Shown here one piece after another: positions 51,730 to 63,639 of a DNA stretch of 64,000 bases. The stretch lies in assembly GCA_038087875.1 (NCBI GenBank), contig CM075988.1:4898001-4962000 (forward strand). Direction: 5' to 3'. The stretch is from Malacoraja senta. Lineage: Eukaryota. A program made the translations under genes and the position numbers. Positions within the stretch are counted from its first letter, which is position 1. Every line of letters starts with the position of its first letter. Below the pieces are notes generated by a model. That model ran no database searches and had not been told where the DNA came from. It saw nothing but the letters and a program-made list of their open reading frames with translations.

Positions 51730-53152
51730 CATAGAAACATAAAAACAAAGAAACATAGAAAAATAGGTGCAGGAGTAGGCCATTCGGCCCTTCGAGCCTG
51801 CACCGCCATTCAATATGATCATGACTGATCATCCAACTCAGTATCCCGTACCTTCCTTCTCTCCATACCCCCTGATCCCTTTAGCCACAAGGGCCACATC
51901 TAACTCCCTCTTAAATATAGCCAATGAACTGGCCTCAACTACCTTCTGTGGCAGAGAATTCCAGAGATTCACCACTCTCTGTGTGAAAAATGTTTTTCTC
52001 ATCTCAGTCTTAAAATAATAATAATAATAATAATATCTTTTATTGTCATTGCACGTCAGTGCAACGAGATTTAGTATGCAGCTCCACCGATGTACAAGAA
52101 AAGTAAGATAAATAAATAAGCAAGCAAGCTGAGTGACGTGACCATCCGAGGGAGACTGTCCAGGGGGGTGGGTGGGGGGGCACGCAGCAGGGCCGGTTCA
52201 GAGCCGCTATAGCTCTTGGAATAAAGCTGTTTCTGAGTCTGGAGGTTCGGGCGTAGAAGGCCTTGTAACGTCTGCCGGAGGGAAGTAGTTCAAACAGTCC
52301 GTTACAAGGGTGTGATGAGTCCTTATGGATGCTGACGGCCTTCCTGAGGCACCGTGTGTGGTAGATGCCCTCCAAGGCTGGTAGCTCTGTCCCAATGATC
52401 CTCTGCGCTCTGTGGACGACGCGCTGAAGAGCTCTCCTCTCCGCCTCCGTGCAGCTGAGATACCACACAGAGATGCCATACGTTAATATGCTCTCTGTGG
52501 TGCAGCGGTAGAACGTTGTCAGCAGCTGTTGGGGCAGACCAGTCTTTTTTAATGTCCTCAGGAAGAACAGTCATTGCTGTGCCTTCTTGACCAGCGCAGC
52601 GGTGTTGGTGGACCATGTGAGGTCCTCTGAAATGTGAGTGCCCAGAAACTTAAAGCTGGACACTCTCTCCACACTTTCCCCATAAATGGAGATTGGGGCG
52701 TATTCTCCATTATGGGACCTCCTGAAGTCAATAATTCAGCTCCTTGGTCTTGGAGGTGTTTATTGACAAGTTGTTATGAGCGCACCAGTCCGCCAGGTTC
52801 TGCACCTCCGCTCTGTATTTTGTTTCATCACCGTTGGTGATCAGCCCAATCACTGTTGTGTCGTCTGCAAACTTCACGATGGTGTTGGTGTCGAATGCAG
52901 ATTTCGAATAAAAGATTTCCCCTTTATCCTTAAACTGTGACCCCTTGTTCTGGGCTTCCCCAACATCGGGAACAATCTTCCTGCATCTAGCCTGTCCAAC
53001 CCCTTAAGAATTTTGTAAGTTTCTATAAGATCCCCCCTCAATCTTCTAAATTCTAGCGAGTAGAAGCCGAGTCTATCCAGTCTTTCTTCATATGAAAGTC
53101 CTGACATCCCATGAATCAGTCTGGTGAACCTTCTCTGTACTCCCTCTATGGC
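51730..53152 (-). mobile_element. CR1 3' region split by a Rex1 insertion
   Basis: 3' UTR 51730-52014 is nearly identical to ~29100-29367; coding resumes at 52910-53152. Confidence 0.88.
52015..52895 (-). mobile_element. Rex1/Babar LINE, RT C-terminal half
   Basis: KFADDTTVIGLI, FKFLGTHI, LLPSGRRYK, RLRNSFIPRAI; (tat)n tail. Confidence 0.92.
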
Positions 53153-53476
53153 ATCCACGTAGGTGGATAAAATCCCAGGGGTGGAAGGGATTTCTCCCAG
53201 CCTGCTGCAGGAGGCAAGTGAGAGATACCTGATGCTCTGGCTGAGATTTCGAACGCACCTGAAGGTCAGTAAAGGTGGATTCTCTTTGCAAGCAATGCAG
53301 TAGGGCAAAGTGTGATAACAATCAGCCTAACATCAGTGCTGCAGAAGATACTGGAAGAATAAGTTCTGAGGGAATGGATTAATGATTATCTGGAAAGGCA
53401 AGGACTAATCTGAGACAGCCAACATGGCTGACCTATTTGAATGAATTATTTGAAGAGATAACAAAGTGTATCGACG

Positions 53477-54075
53477 ATAGACACAAAATGCTGGAGTAAC
53501 TCAGCGGGACAGGCAGCATCGCTGGATAGAAGAAATGGGTGATGTTTCGGGTCGAGACCCTTCTTCAGATTGAGAGTCAGGGGAGAGGGAGACACAGAGG
53601 TATGGAAGGGTAAGTTGTGAAATTGAGACATCAAAGGGGACGAAGGTCAAGGAGAATGTAGAATAAATTGTTGTCATCTAGGGGAAGGTGACAATGAAGC
53701 ATACAAAGATAAAATATAACTAGGGAGACAGTCAGACTAGTCGGAGAACTAGGATGGGGAGGGATGGGGGAGAGGGAAAGTAGCGATTATTTGAAGTTAG
53801 TGGTCGATATTCATACCACTGGGGTGAAAGTTGCCCTAGCAAAATATGAGATGTTGTTCCTCCAATTTGCGTTGGGCCTCACTCTGACAATGGAGGAGAT
53901 CCATGGACACAAAGGTTAGCATGGGAATGGGAGGGGGAGTTAAAGTGTTTGGCAACTAGGAGATCACGTAGGTTTAGGCGGACTAAGTGGAGGTGTTCAG
54001 CGAAACGATTGCCGAGCCTGCGCTTGGTCTCGCCGAGATATATAGGAGTCAACACCTGGAACAGCAGATACTGTA
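53477..54075 (-). mobile_element. Penelope-like 3' fragment
   Basis: GIY-YIG remnant (YLGETKRRLGNRFAEHL, HFNSPSH, KLEEQHLIFC) plus terminal repeat. Confidence 0.85.
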
Positions 54076-54396
54076 GATGTAATGTTACAATACAAAGTGT
54101 ATCAATGAGGAGAGCAAGTAGATATGATATTCATGGACTCTAATAAAGCCTGTTTGACAAGGTCAAAGGTTTGATTAGTTTGACTGGTTCAAGAGGCTGG
54201 GTTGCCATGGGATCGAGGCATATTGGTGAATGGGATGCAAAATTGTCTTTGGATAAATAGGACAGACAATGACAGTAGAGGGTTGTATTTTGTAATACAG
54301 AAAATTGTGAGGTGATGCGCTCAGGAAGTATTAATGAGGCTCGTGCATATAACATGAACAATGGGGTACTACAGAGTATGGAGAAACTGATCCAGT

Positions 54397-57300
54397 AATA
54401 GTAAGATTAAATGAGAACTTACCAGTTTGAAGTTTGATCTTTATTTTATGAGGAGTTACGATGAGCGATTACGTGAAGAAGCCCGCCAGTGCGCATGCGC
54501 GTCAATCTTCAAAGCAGCGGTGTGAAATCGCAGATAACAGTAGTTGAAGTGACATAGTAAGATTAGAGAAAACTAGAACTACCAGATGACCTTTATGATA
54601 CAAGGGTTGGGAGCGGAGGGCACGTAATCGCTCATCGTAACTCCTCATAAAATAAAGATCAAACTTCAAACTGGTAAGTTCTAGTTTAATCTTACTATTT
54701 TACTTCGGAGTCACGTGAGTGATTCCGTGAAGATTTCAAAGCTCTGTGATTTCATGCCGTGGAAAAGTCCACACAAACACAACTGCATCAGTTGACCACA
54801 GATAAGGGAAACATTGATAATGCATACAGACATGACATGGGTTTAAAACATGCTGATGCTATTTAATGAACAAATAATAATAATAGTAACCCCTCTCATC
54901 CGGGAGGAAACTATAATATAGAACCTAAAATAGAGTTGGCAAATACCACCGGTCTGGCTATGGGTTATTATAAAATGTTTGGGAAGCTCGTACGTTAGAT
55001 CATCCTGCAGTCGCTAGGATGTGGTCCAGCGGACCATACATAACACTTGCTGCTGATGTTGTAGCAGCCCTGGTGGAGTGAGATTAGAAAATATTAGTAT
55101 CTACTCCTGCATAAGCCAAAACCCCGTTTTAACCACCTGGAGATGGTCAAAACTGATACCTTCTTATGAGGTTTTTCGTAAATAACAAACATTGCTAGTA
55201 TTAGAGCCTCTAAGGCTCTAGGTGACCTTGACGTATTGTCGTAAATGTGTGACCACACATAACCGAAGGTCCATGGGATATGCCATGAGAACTAGTTTGA
55301 GACCTGACGCACCTGGGCTGCTCTACTTAAGTAAATCATAAACGTAAAATATTATATTATTTGCAGGTGTAACTGCAATTTATGTAATGACTGGACCCGT
55401 TGCGCTGAGACCAGCGCCCTGAGGATAACTACCTTATGAGAGCCGGGCCAAAGATAAGGATGTAGCTGGAGCCCCCTGGTGAAGTAGTATTGACACAATG
55501 TCAATATCCCATACTTCCGTGTGTTTGGGCCTGGGAGAACTTGTGTTAAAGATATTCTTTATAAACTGGATATCAGGGAGTGAGACCCGACAGAGTGGGT
55601 CCCGCTCACTGCAGCAAATATGATGAGAAGGCACGTTGGGCACAGTTAATGGCTTTATAACTTAATGTATTGTCAAGGACGCATTGTAAATGAACTCAAA
55701 GACGTCAGTTATCCAGCCGTATTATATGTAACATAGTATTTAAACAAAACGCTTCCCATCTCCTGAAGAGGAAATGTACTGATTTTTTGGTGCTATCCCT
55801 GCACTCTGCAGTGAGCACATACATGGATCGGTCTGACAATCCAAGCCGCAGGAGCAGTCTTCTCGGAGTCTGCATGTCAATGAATTGATTTTCTCATGCA
55901 GGGACTGGTTTCCCGAGTTGCAGGCTGAACCAGCAAAGTTTTATGTTGAGAGTAACCATATAAGGTTCTATTATATTCCCAACGTAAGCGGGAACCATGG
56001 CTGCATAGGCCAGTCAGACAGTACAAAAACCCCTGAAGCGGGATCTTGCTGAATTTATTGCAAGACCCGACTGATGAGGCAAAATGGAGAAAGAACACAA
56101 AAGAACATTCCTCCCCGTGTAACGAGAATATATCTCTCGCCGCTGTGAACCACATATTTTTGCAACTGGTGAATGAGCCTGGATACAAACATATTGATTT
56201 TCGGTGTTCCATCGAGCCATAATGTCATAAAATACTTTGTGATCCAACATCCATTCTGTGTTGTCATTGATTTTATGTGATGATACACCAGCGCCAAATG
56301 AGGTTAGGTAAATTTGACAGGATACTTTGACTTGATTGCACCCATGTGACCAACATATACCACCACCACAGTGTATCAACTTGGAATTGAGCATGCAAAT
56401 TATGCATATTCACACAATAACCCTTTAACCCATAGAATGCACATAGTGTCTATAGGTAGTTGATACCAATAACTGGAGAATTGGTAACTGATGCAAATCC
56501 CATCTGCCTCCGTGACTAGAGATGGCATTCGTAATTTTCCATCTTTGAGCACTAGCATCAGTTTGTAACTGAAGATTTAGTGACCAAAACCTACTGGAGC
56601 AATGCTGAATAATGTCCGTCCACCATTGTGACTTTGCTAGCTTCAGCTGGTAATAGCATAGGTCTGTTAACAATGACCTACATGGCACCTGAGAGGTTAC
56701 TACTTTGCAGGTTGTAAGTTCTGATAATGCAAAGACCCAATTTGCACAGCTGAAACACAGCTGCTATATTGCCAATTACACTTGATGAATAGAAGGCTGC
56801 TTCATAACAATAAGGTTGTTACAGGCTTCTAATGTTTCCAATCTCTTGCCCCAGGGCATAGTCACAGACAAATTAACAATTAAAGGTAAATCCCAATAAT
56901 CACTAACGCTAGTTGGTATCAACTTAAATTTAACTGGATGGATAAGGAACCTCAATTTCTCAATTATAGTTTACAGTTGAAACAGTTGATTTTAGCAAAA
57001 TACAGCGTTTAGAATATCATCCAGGTAAGCCAGAACAAGTGTTTTTGAGCTTTTGGCAGTCCAAGCACCGATTTAGTAATTTGGTAAATAACCTGGGAGC
57101 TGAAGTTAGCCCATTTTGCAACGCTTTAACTGTTATCATTGTCCCATCCAGATCAATTTCAAATGTCTCCGGTGATCCCTGAGAATGGAAATCAGTTGTT
57201 TAACAGTAACGAAATTCCATATTCTGAAAAGTCTGTGTTGCACATGCGAGTTAAATCGAAGATGAACCGACCTCCTCCATCGTTCACAATGAACAGGCCA

Positions 57301-59099
57301 CACCTGCCATAATTCCGTGCCTGCCTTGAACGACAACACTGACCAGATTCCCGAGCCTGTCTCGAAAGGTAATTCTGGCCATAATACTGAGCCTGCCTTG
57401 AAAGACAACTCCTGCCATAATTCTGAGCGTGCCTCGAAAGACAACTCTGGCCTTATTTCCAAGCTTGTCTCGGAAGGCAATCCTGGCCGTAATACTGAGC
57501 CTGCCTCGAAAGAAAACTCTGGCCCCAATTCCAAGCCATGCTTGGAACCCTTGTATACTGTGCAAAATAAACCAATCACATGTTATCATTTTAGTTTATA
57601 AGCGGATCTAAATCTCATGTTATCATTGTCATTTGTACAAAACACAAGTGTAAATATTACCAACTTGTAAATGGTCCACATACCCCATGTTTCGGAAGAA
57701 CCAGACCAACTTACCTCCATGGTAAGCCCAAAGGCCCCTGATGTGGGTTCTATTCCCGTCCTTGATTGGAGAGTAGGACTGGTAGGGTGTGTGGATTCCA
57801 TATTTCCTGGGACCGGCTTGGACCTTGACCTGAAAGACCTCTGCCCAGCTTTCAAGCTATCACCAGCTTCAGTGAACTGCTTACTGCCGATGAGGCGGGG
57901 GGTGTGTCGTCGCCGAAACGATGAAGCTTTGTTCGTCGTTGGTACCTTGATTAGTCCGACAGCTTTTGCTTCCTCATCCAGGTATACCTGTTGGATAAGT
58001 CTGACCTGAAGAGAAGATTCGGCGGCTGGTTTCATTTCTCCAATGTCACCCCTGATAGCACTGATCACTGCCGGCACTTGTAGCATGAGGGGAACTCTGG
58101 CCCCTTCCGGGTTTTCTGCCCACGGCTGGAACCAACTCTTCCGGCAGTAACCCCTCGTTTGCGACTATTTCCTTGGAGCCATATGCATGTGCTCCAGTAT
58201 GTTCCACGGACATACTTTCGAATTTGAATTCAGTTACACACTGACCACTTGTACTCCCCTCCACAGAGAGGGAGATTCATAGGCAGCCCTGAAAACAGGT
58301 GCTGCCGCTGGCCCCTGAGGATACCTGCCCTGATACGGCCCCTCCTACGGACATATATCAGGATTTTTGCTCTGACAGGAACTGATCCCGAATGCTCCCC
58401 TCCTCAGAGAGGAAGACATTGTGCAGCTCTGAAACAGGTGCCACTGCCGTGGGCCCCCGAGGAGACCCGCGTTGATAACTCCCTCCTTTGGAGTATATCA
58501 TTGTGGATTATTATTATCAGGTGCTCCATGTGGGTTAAGACATCTGCAGACGCTACCCATTGAAGGAGGGGAACCCTCCTGGCCTGACTCGTCCGAGTCC
58601 ATAGGCCTGACCGACTTACTCCTGGTTTTACCCCCTTTCTGGGGCACCATAGCGGTCTGGGAGCAGCTGACTGCCCTGTCAGCGACTCGGGTGGCGAGAC
58701 CGAATTACTACTGGTTTTACCCCCTTTCTGGGGAACCACAGCGGTCTGGGAACCGCTGACCCCATTGTCAGCGACTTAGGTAGCGAACCCGACGGCCGAC
58801 GGCTACCCGCGCTTCCGCGGACCGGACCGGGATTCCCCATGGTCTATAACCGGTTTCCCCGCGGCCCGTCCGGACTTCGCCCTGAAATCATCCAGCAGGA
58901 AGAACTCTGTAAGAAGAGTTTCCTGCAAGATATAACAGAACCTGGAAATAAGTTTAAAACTTACCTGCAGGTTTAAACTTACCGCTGGAAGGAGCAGCGC
59001 GCCTGCCAGTCAGGTGTTGCGCCATGCGCTAGACATAATGACGGGCATGCGCACTGGCGGGCTTCTTCACGGAATCACTCACGTGACTCCGAAGTAAAA
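54397..59099 (-). mobile_element. DIRS1-type retrotransposon, copy 2 (full length, defective)
   Basis: Collinear with copy 1; ICR 54621-54733; ITRs ~54472-54504 and ~59039-59070; LAYLDDI, HSTR and 36-bp array present. Confidence 0.93.
57320..57535. repeat. 36-bp minisatellite x6, (A-B-A)2
   Basis: Same unit as 4928-5251, shorter by one 108-bp trimer. Confidence 0.9.
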
Positions 59100-60721
59100 C
59101 ACAGATTCAATCCCTACTGCCAGCACTGTCTGTGTGGAGTTTGCAGGTTCTCTCTGTGACCACCTGGGATTCCTCTGGGAGCTCCAACATCCCCAAGATC
59201 TGAAAGTTGGTCAGTTAATAAGCTGTAAATTGTCGTTAGTGTGCAAGTGAGTGGACGAATCTGGGGGAAACTTTAATGGAAGTGTGGGGAGGCATAAATG
59301 GGCATGATTAGTGTAAGTGCAGGAAGGAACTGCAGTTGCTGGTTTAAACAGTGGATAGACACAAAAAACTGGAGTAACTTAGCAGGTCAGACAGCATCTC
59401 TGGAGAAAAGGAACTGGTGACATTTCGGGTCGAGACCCCTCTTCAGATTAATACAGATTTAGTTTAGTTTAGTTTAGAGATACAGGGCGGAAACAGGCCC
59501 TTCAGCCCACCGAGTCCGCATCGACCAGCGATCACCACACATTAACACTATCCCACACATACTACAGACAATTTACAATTTTACCGAAGCCAATTAGCCT
59601 ACAAACCTGTACGTCTTTGGAGCGTCGGAGGAAAACAAAGATCTCGGAGAAATGAATAGGTGACGTTTTGGGTCGAGACTCTTCTTCAGACTGAGAGTCA
59701 GGGGACTCAGTCAGTCAGCCCGTCCCCTCCCCTGACTCTCATTAGGACAGATGCAAAAAATATGTGAAAAAGGACGGCTGGCTTATTCCCCAGTGCCGGA
59801 ACATACCTCTGGCTGTGTGAAGAATGGTATTGTTTTAATAATAATTAAGTTTTACTGGAGTTATATCTGGAATAGATGAGTATCATCTGGACAGCCCAGA
59901 TCTGCATCCACTAGTTTCAAAGAATGCGAAGGGACTTGATAGAAAGGTTTCAGATACTGAGGGGTCCATCATGGAAGAATATAGATATAGAGGTTACTGT
60001 TTAAAAATAAGGCATTGGCCGTTTAAGGCAGGGAAAAGTTATTCTTTCTCTTTGGGAGATGGTGAAGCTGGGATGTCTTCCTTAAAGAGCAGTGGGTGAA
60101 GAGTCTTTGAAAGTTTTGAAGGCAAAGTCAGACAAGTACTTGATAAGCAAGGGGAAGAAAGTTCAATGCAGAAAGTTCCAGGTAGGTGGGAATGTGGAGC
60201 TATGGTTATAGTCAGTGGACAGCAGGCTCAAGGGGCCAAGGGATCTACTGGTCCGCAGAAGTGTCTGAACCCGAAACACCACCCAAATACACAAAGAGGA
60301 CATCTCTGATGTCCTAGAAAGGAAATCCTCAGCTTGGCAGCAGATGCAGTGAACCAAGTCTAACTCACAGAGTACACAATTCATGGCTCTGTTAAGTTTA
60401 TGAAAGCTGATTAAGCATTGCAATTAAAATCACATAAAGCCCTACAAATAGAAATGCATAAAATATTACAAAAATAGCATAATGATATAAAATACAACAA
60501 AACACGAATAAAAAATTCAATGCTCTGATGTAGCCTCTGTACTCCAATGATCTTACACAGGTTCTTAATTTGAATTGTAATTTTAGTCTGTGCATTTCTG
60601 GTACCATTCTTACCGTGTGATCCCTTACCCAGGCCCATCCCCATCTGTGCAGGTGACCAGTTCTGAGCCGTTGAGTTACTCCAGCATTTTGTGTCTATCT
60701 TTACAAACCATCATCTGCAGT

Positions 60722-61008
60722 TTAGTTTTGTTTGGTTAGATTTAGAGATACAACGCGGACACGCCGACCATCGATCCCCGCACATTAACACTATCTTACG
60801 CACACTAGGGACAATTTACACTTATACCAAGCCAATTAGCCTACAAACCTATGGAGTGTGGCAGAAAAACGGAGATCTCGGAGAAAACCCACTCAGGTCA
60901 CGGGGAGAAGGTACAAACTCTGTACAGACAAGCACCTGTAGTCAAGATCGAACCCGGGTCTCTGGCGCTGTAAAGGCACCAACTCTACCACTGTGTGGCC
61001 ATGCCGCC
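60722..61008 (-). mobile_element. tRNA-derived SINE
   Basis: Family consensus. Confidence 0.78.
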
Positions 61009-61019
61009 CTTACAACTTG

Positions 61020-61427
61020 TTAAAGAAGGAACTGCAGATGCTGGAAAATCGAAGGTACACAAAAATGCTGGAGAAACTCAGCGGGATGCAGCAGCATCTA
61101 TGGAGCGAAGGAAATAGGCAACGTTTCGGGCCGAAACCCTTCTTCAGACTGATAGGGGGTGGGGAGAAGAAAGGAAAAAAGGAAAAAAGGCAGAGGAGGA
61201 GTCCGAGGGCTGGGGGATGGGAGGAGACAACCAGAGGGCTGATGAAGGGGAGGGGACAGCAAGGGCTAGCAGAGTTGAGAGAATTCAATGTTCATGCCCC
61301 CAGGGTGCAGACTGACCAAGCGGAATATGAGGTGCATTTCCTCCAATTTCCGGTGTTGCTCGCTGTAGCCATGGAGGAGACCCAGGACAGAGAGGTCAGA
61401 TACGGAATGGGAGGGGGAGTTGAAGTG
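61020..61427 (-). mobile_element. Penelope-like element 3' end with GIY-YIG C-terminus, hammerhead motif and 11-bp TSD
   Basis: ORF 61266-61520 includes KHFNSPSHSVSDLSVLGL..RKLEEMHLIFRLVSLHPGGMNIEF; core at 61120-61147; TSD cttacaacttg at 61009-61019 and 61428-61438. Confidence 0.9.
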
Positions 61428-61680
61428 CTTACAACTTGCCCCTTTTACAACTTGCGTCGAATACCCATTTTTTACAGTACAAAAATCACACCCAAGACAG
61501 CCGATTGACGCAAGCCCCACCCTGTGTCCGGCCTGTTTCTTGCACTGCTCAATTTAATTAATTCTTGTCATCATTTTTCACAGAAAGGTTGAGACAGGGA
61601 ACTTTGAACCTATCAGTGCATGGACAAATTTTACTGCAATGACTCTAAACAAGACATAAAGTGCAGGAGCAACTAGTGCA

Positions 61681-61998
61681 GGGTGGCACAGTGGTGCAGC
61701 GGTACAGTTACTGCCGTACAATGCCAGAGACCCGGGTTCCATCCCGACTACGGGTGCTGTCTCTACGGAATTTGTACGTTCTCCATGCGACATGCTTGGA
61801 TTTTCTCCGGGAGCTCCGGAGTTTCCTCCCACACTCCAAAGACGTACAGGTTTGTATGCTCATTGTCTTGCTAAAATTGTAAATTATCCCTAGTGTGTAC
61901 TGGAAAGAGTTAGTGTGCGGGCATCACTGATAATGGACTCGGTGGGCCGAAGGGCCTGTTTGCACTATATCTCTGAACTAAACTAAGCTAAACTAAAC
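61681..61998 (+). mobile_element. tRNA-derived SINE, full length
   Basis: Family consensus with (aaact)n tail. Confidence 0.82.
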
Positions 61999-62656
61999 TC
62001 AGCTGGCAGTATGTCCAGAGAATATGGATAGGTGACGTTTTGAGTCAGGATCCTTCTTCAGATTGCATGTTCTCCACAGGTGCCATCTGACCCGATGAGT
62101 TACTCCAGCACTTTGTGCCTTTTTTTGTAAACGAGCATCTGCAGATTTTTGTTTCTACACACAACTCAAACTGCAGCCACACTACAGGAGGTCCACGGAG
62201 AAAGTGTTAAGTACTTGTGTTCATACATATGAACATGTAAATTAGGAGGATTGACACAAAATGCTGGAGTAACTCAGTGGGACAGGCAGCATCTCCGGAG
62301 AGAAGGAATGGGTGACATTTCGGGTCGAGACCCTTCTTCAGACTGAGAGTCGGGGGGAGGGAGACACTTTTCGTTTTGCTGAAGTTTCCAGCATCTGCAG
62401 TTCGTTGTGTGTCATAGCTTTTTCTGTTGATTGTCTTTACACTCTGCAGTTCAAAAAGTCCATGCCTGGTGAAAACACTTGGACAACAATAGCAACAGCC
62501 TGCACTTATATAGCACATCCAATGTAGAAAGAACATCCTAACGCAAGTCAGTCTTGGGGTAACTGAGTGTTACATGACGACATACCTGGCCACGATCAAA
62601 ATCACGGCCAAAGAGGTAGGTTTTAAATAAATGATCACAGTGAACAGTGAGCATTG

Positions 62657-62854
62657 AAGATAGACACAAAATGCTGGAGTAACTCAGCTGGACAGGCAGT
62701 ATCGCTGGATAGGAGGAATGGGCGACGTTTCAGGTTGAGACCCTTCCCAAAATGTCATCTATTTCTTCTCTCCAGAGATGCTGTCTGGCCCGCTGAAATA
62801 CTCCAGTATTTTGTGTCTGCAGTGTAAATCAGCCTCTGCAGTTCCCTCTACACA
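62657..62854. mobile_element. Penelope-derived fold-back insertion (diverged)
   Basis: Inverted arms around ~62745; degenerate TSD aacagtgagcattg (62643-62656) / aacagtgaacactg (62855-62868). Confidence 0.72.
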
Positions 62855-62869
62855 AACAGTGAACACTGT

Positions 62870-63035
62870 TGATAGAATGCTCCTCCTGCGGGATGTGGGA
62901 TGTCAGGGAAGTGACTGCGTAGACCTGTGGGAATTGTGTACAGGTACAGCTCCTTAAGGACTGCGTTAGGGAACTGGAGAACCAGGTGAATGACCACTGG
63001 ACTATCTGGAAATTGAGAGCTTGCTGGACAGGATA
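62870..63035 (+). mobile_element. CR1 ORF1 N-terminal remnant (zinc finger / leucine zipper)
   Basis: CSSCGMWDV...TCGNCVQVQLLKDCVRELENQV. Confidence 0.7.
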
Positions 63036-63611
63036 TGAGTTGGGCCAAAGTGCCTGTTCCCATGGTGTATGACTCTAAGACTTTGCAACTGTTTTTACCT
63101 CATAGTTCCCTTTCATCTTTCTCCTTCCCTTTAAGATTACTTTGTAATATTTGCCTGACTTGCTTTGCTGATTAATTTTATCTGCTCGCACTGTCCGTCA
63201 CCCTGTCGTAATCCTATGGCAGAGTGTCTACATTTCTTCCTCTCTCACCTCAGCGGACCCAGTCACCTGTTAAAACGGCAGAGGGAAAATCAATGTAATA
63301 TTGGGGGTTACTTGAATTTAATTTGTGACAGGATTAATGCAGAGTTGGTGTTGGTATCCACCCACCAACACTCCTGTCGAGGACTGTGGAGAATATTAAT
63401 AGGTGAATGGTAAAAGCAGCATCCATCCCCAACACACTCAAGTCACACTAGCTTTTCGTTTTCACCCTACAAACAGCGAACAATGTCCTGTTTCCTTTAT
63501 CATTGTTACTTTTTTGCATATCTTGTATTCATTGTTCTTAATCCATATTCTACATCATCATCGTCTACATCATCATCTATATCTCTTGTTTATCCCTTAT
63601 CCCTAACCAGT

Positions 63612-63639
63612 CTGAAGAAGGGTCTCGACCCGAAACGTC
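63612..63639 (+). ncRNA. Minimal type-I hammerhead ribozyme motif in a Penelope-like repeat (~63400-63712)
   Basis: CTGAAGA-A-GGGT(CTCG)ACCC-GAAA-CG-TC: core boxes, stem II with tetraloop, palindromic ACGT stem III. Activity untested. Confidence 0.7.

Noticed and set aside
1952..59099. Segmental duplication or assembly artefact explaining the two DIRS copies
   Set aside because: Flanks are unrelated, similarity stops at the element termini, and the copies have many substitutions and indels.
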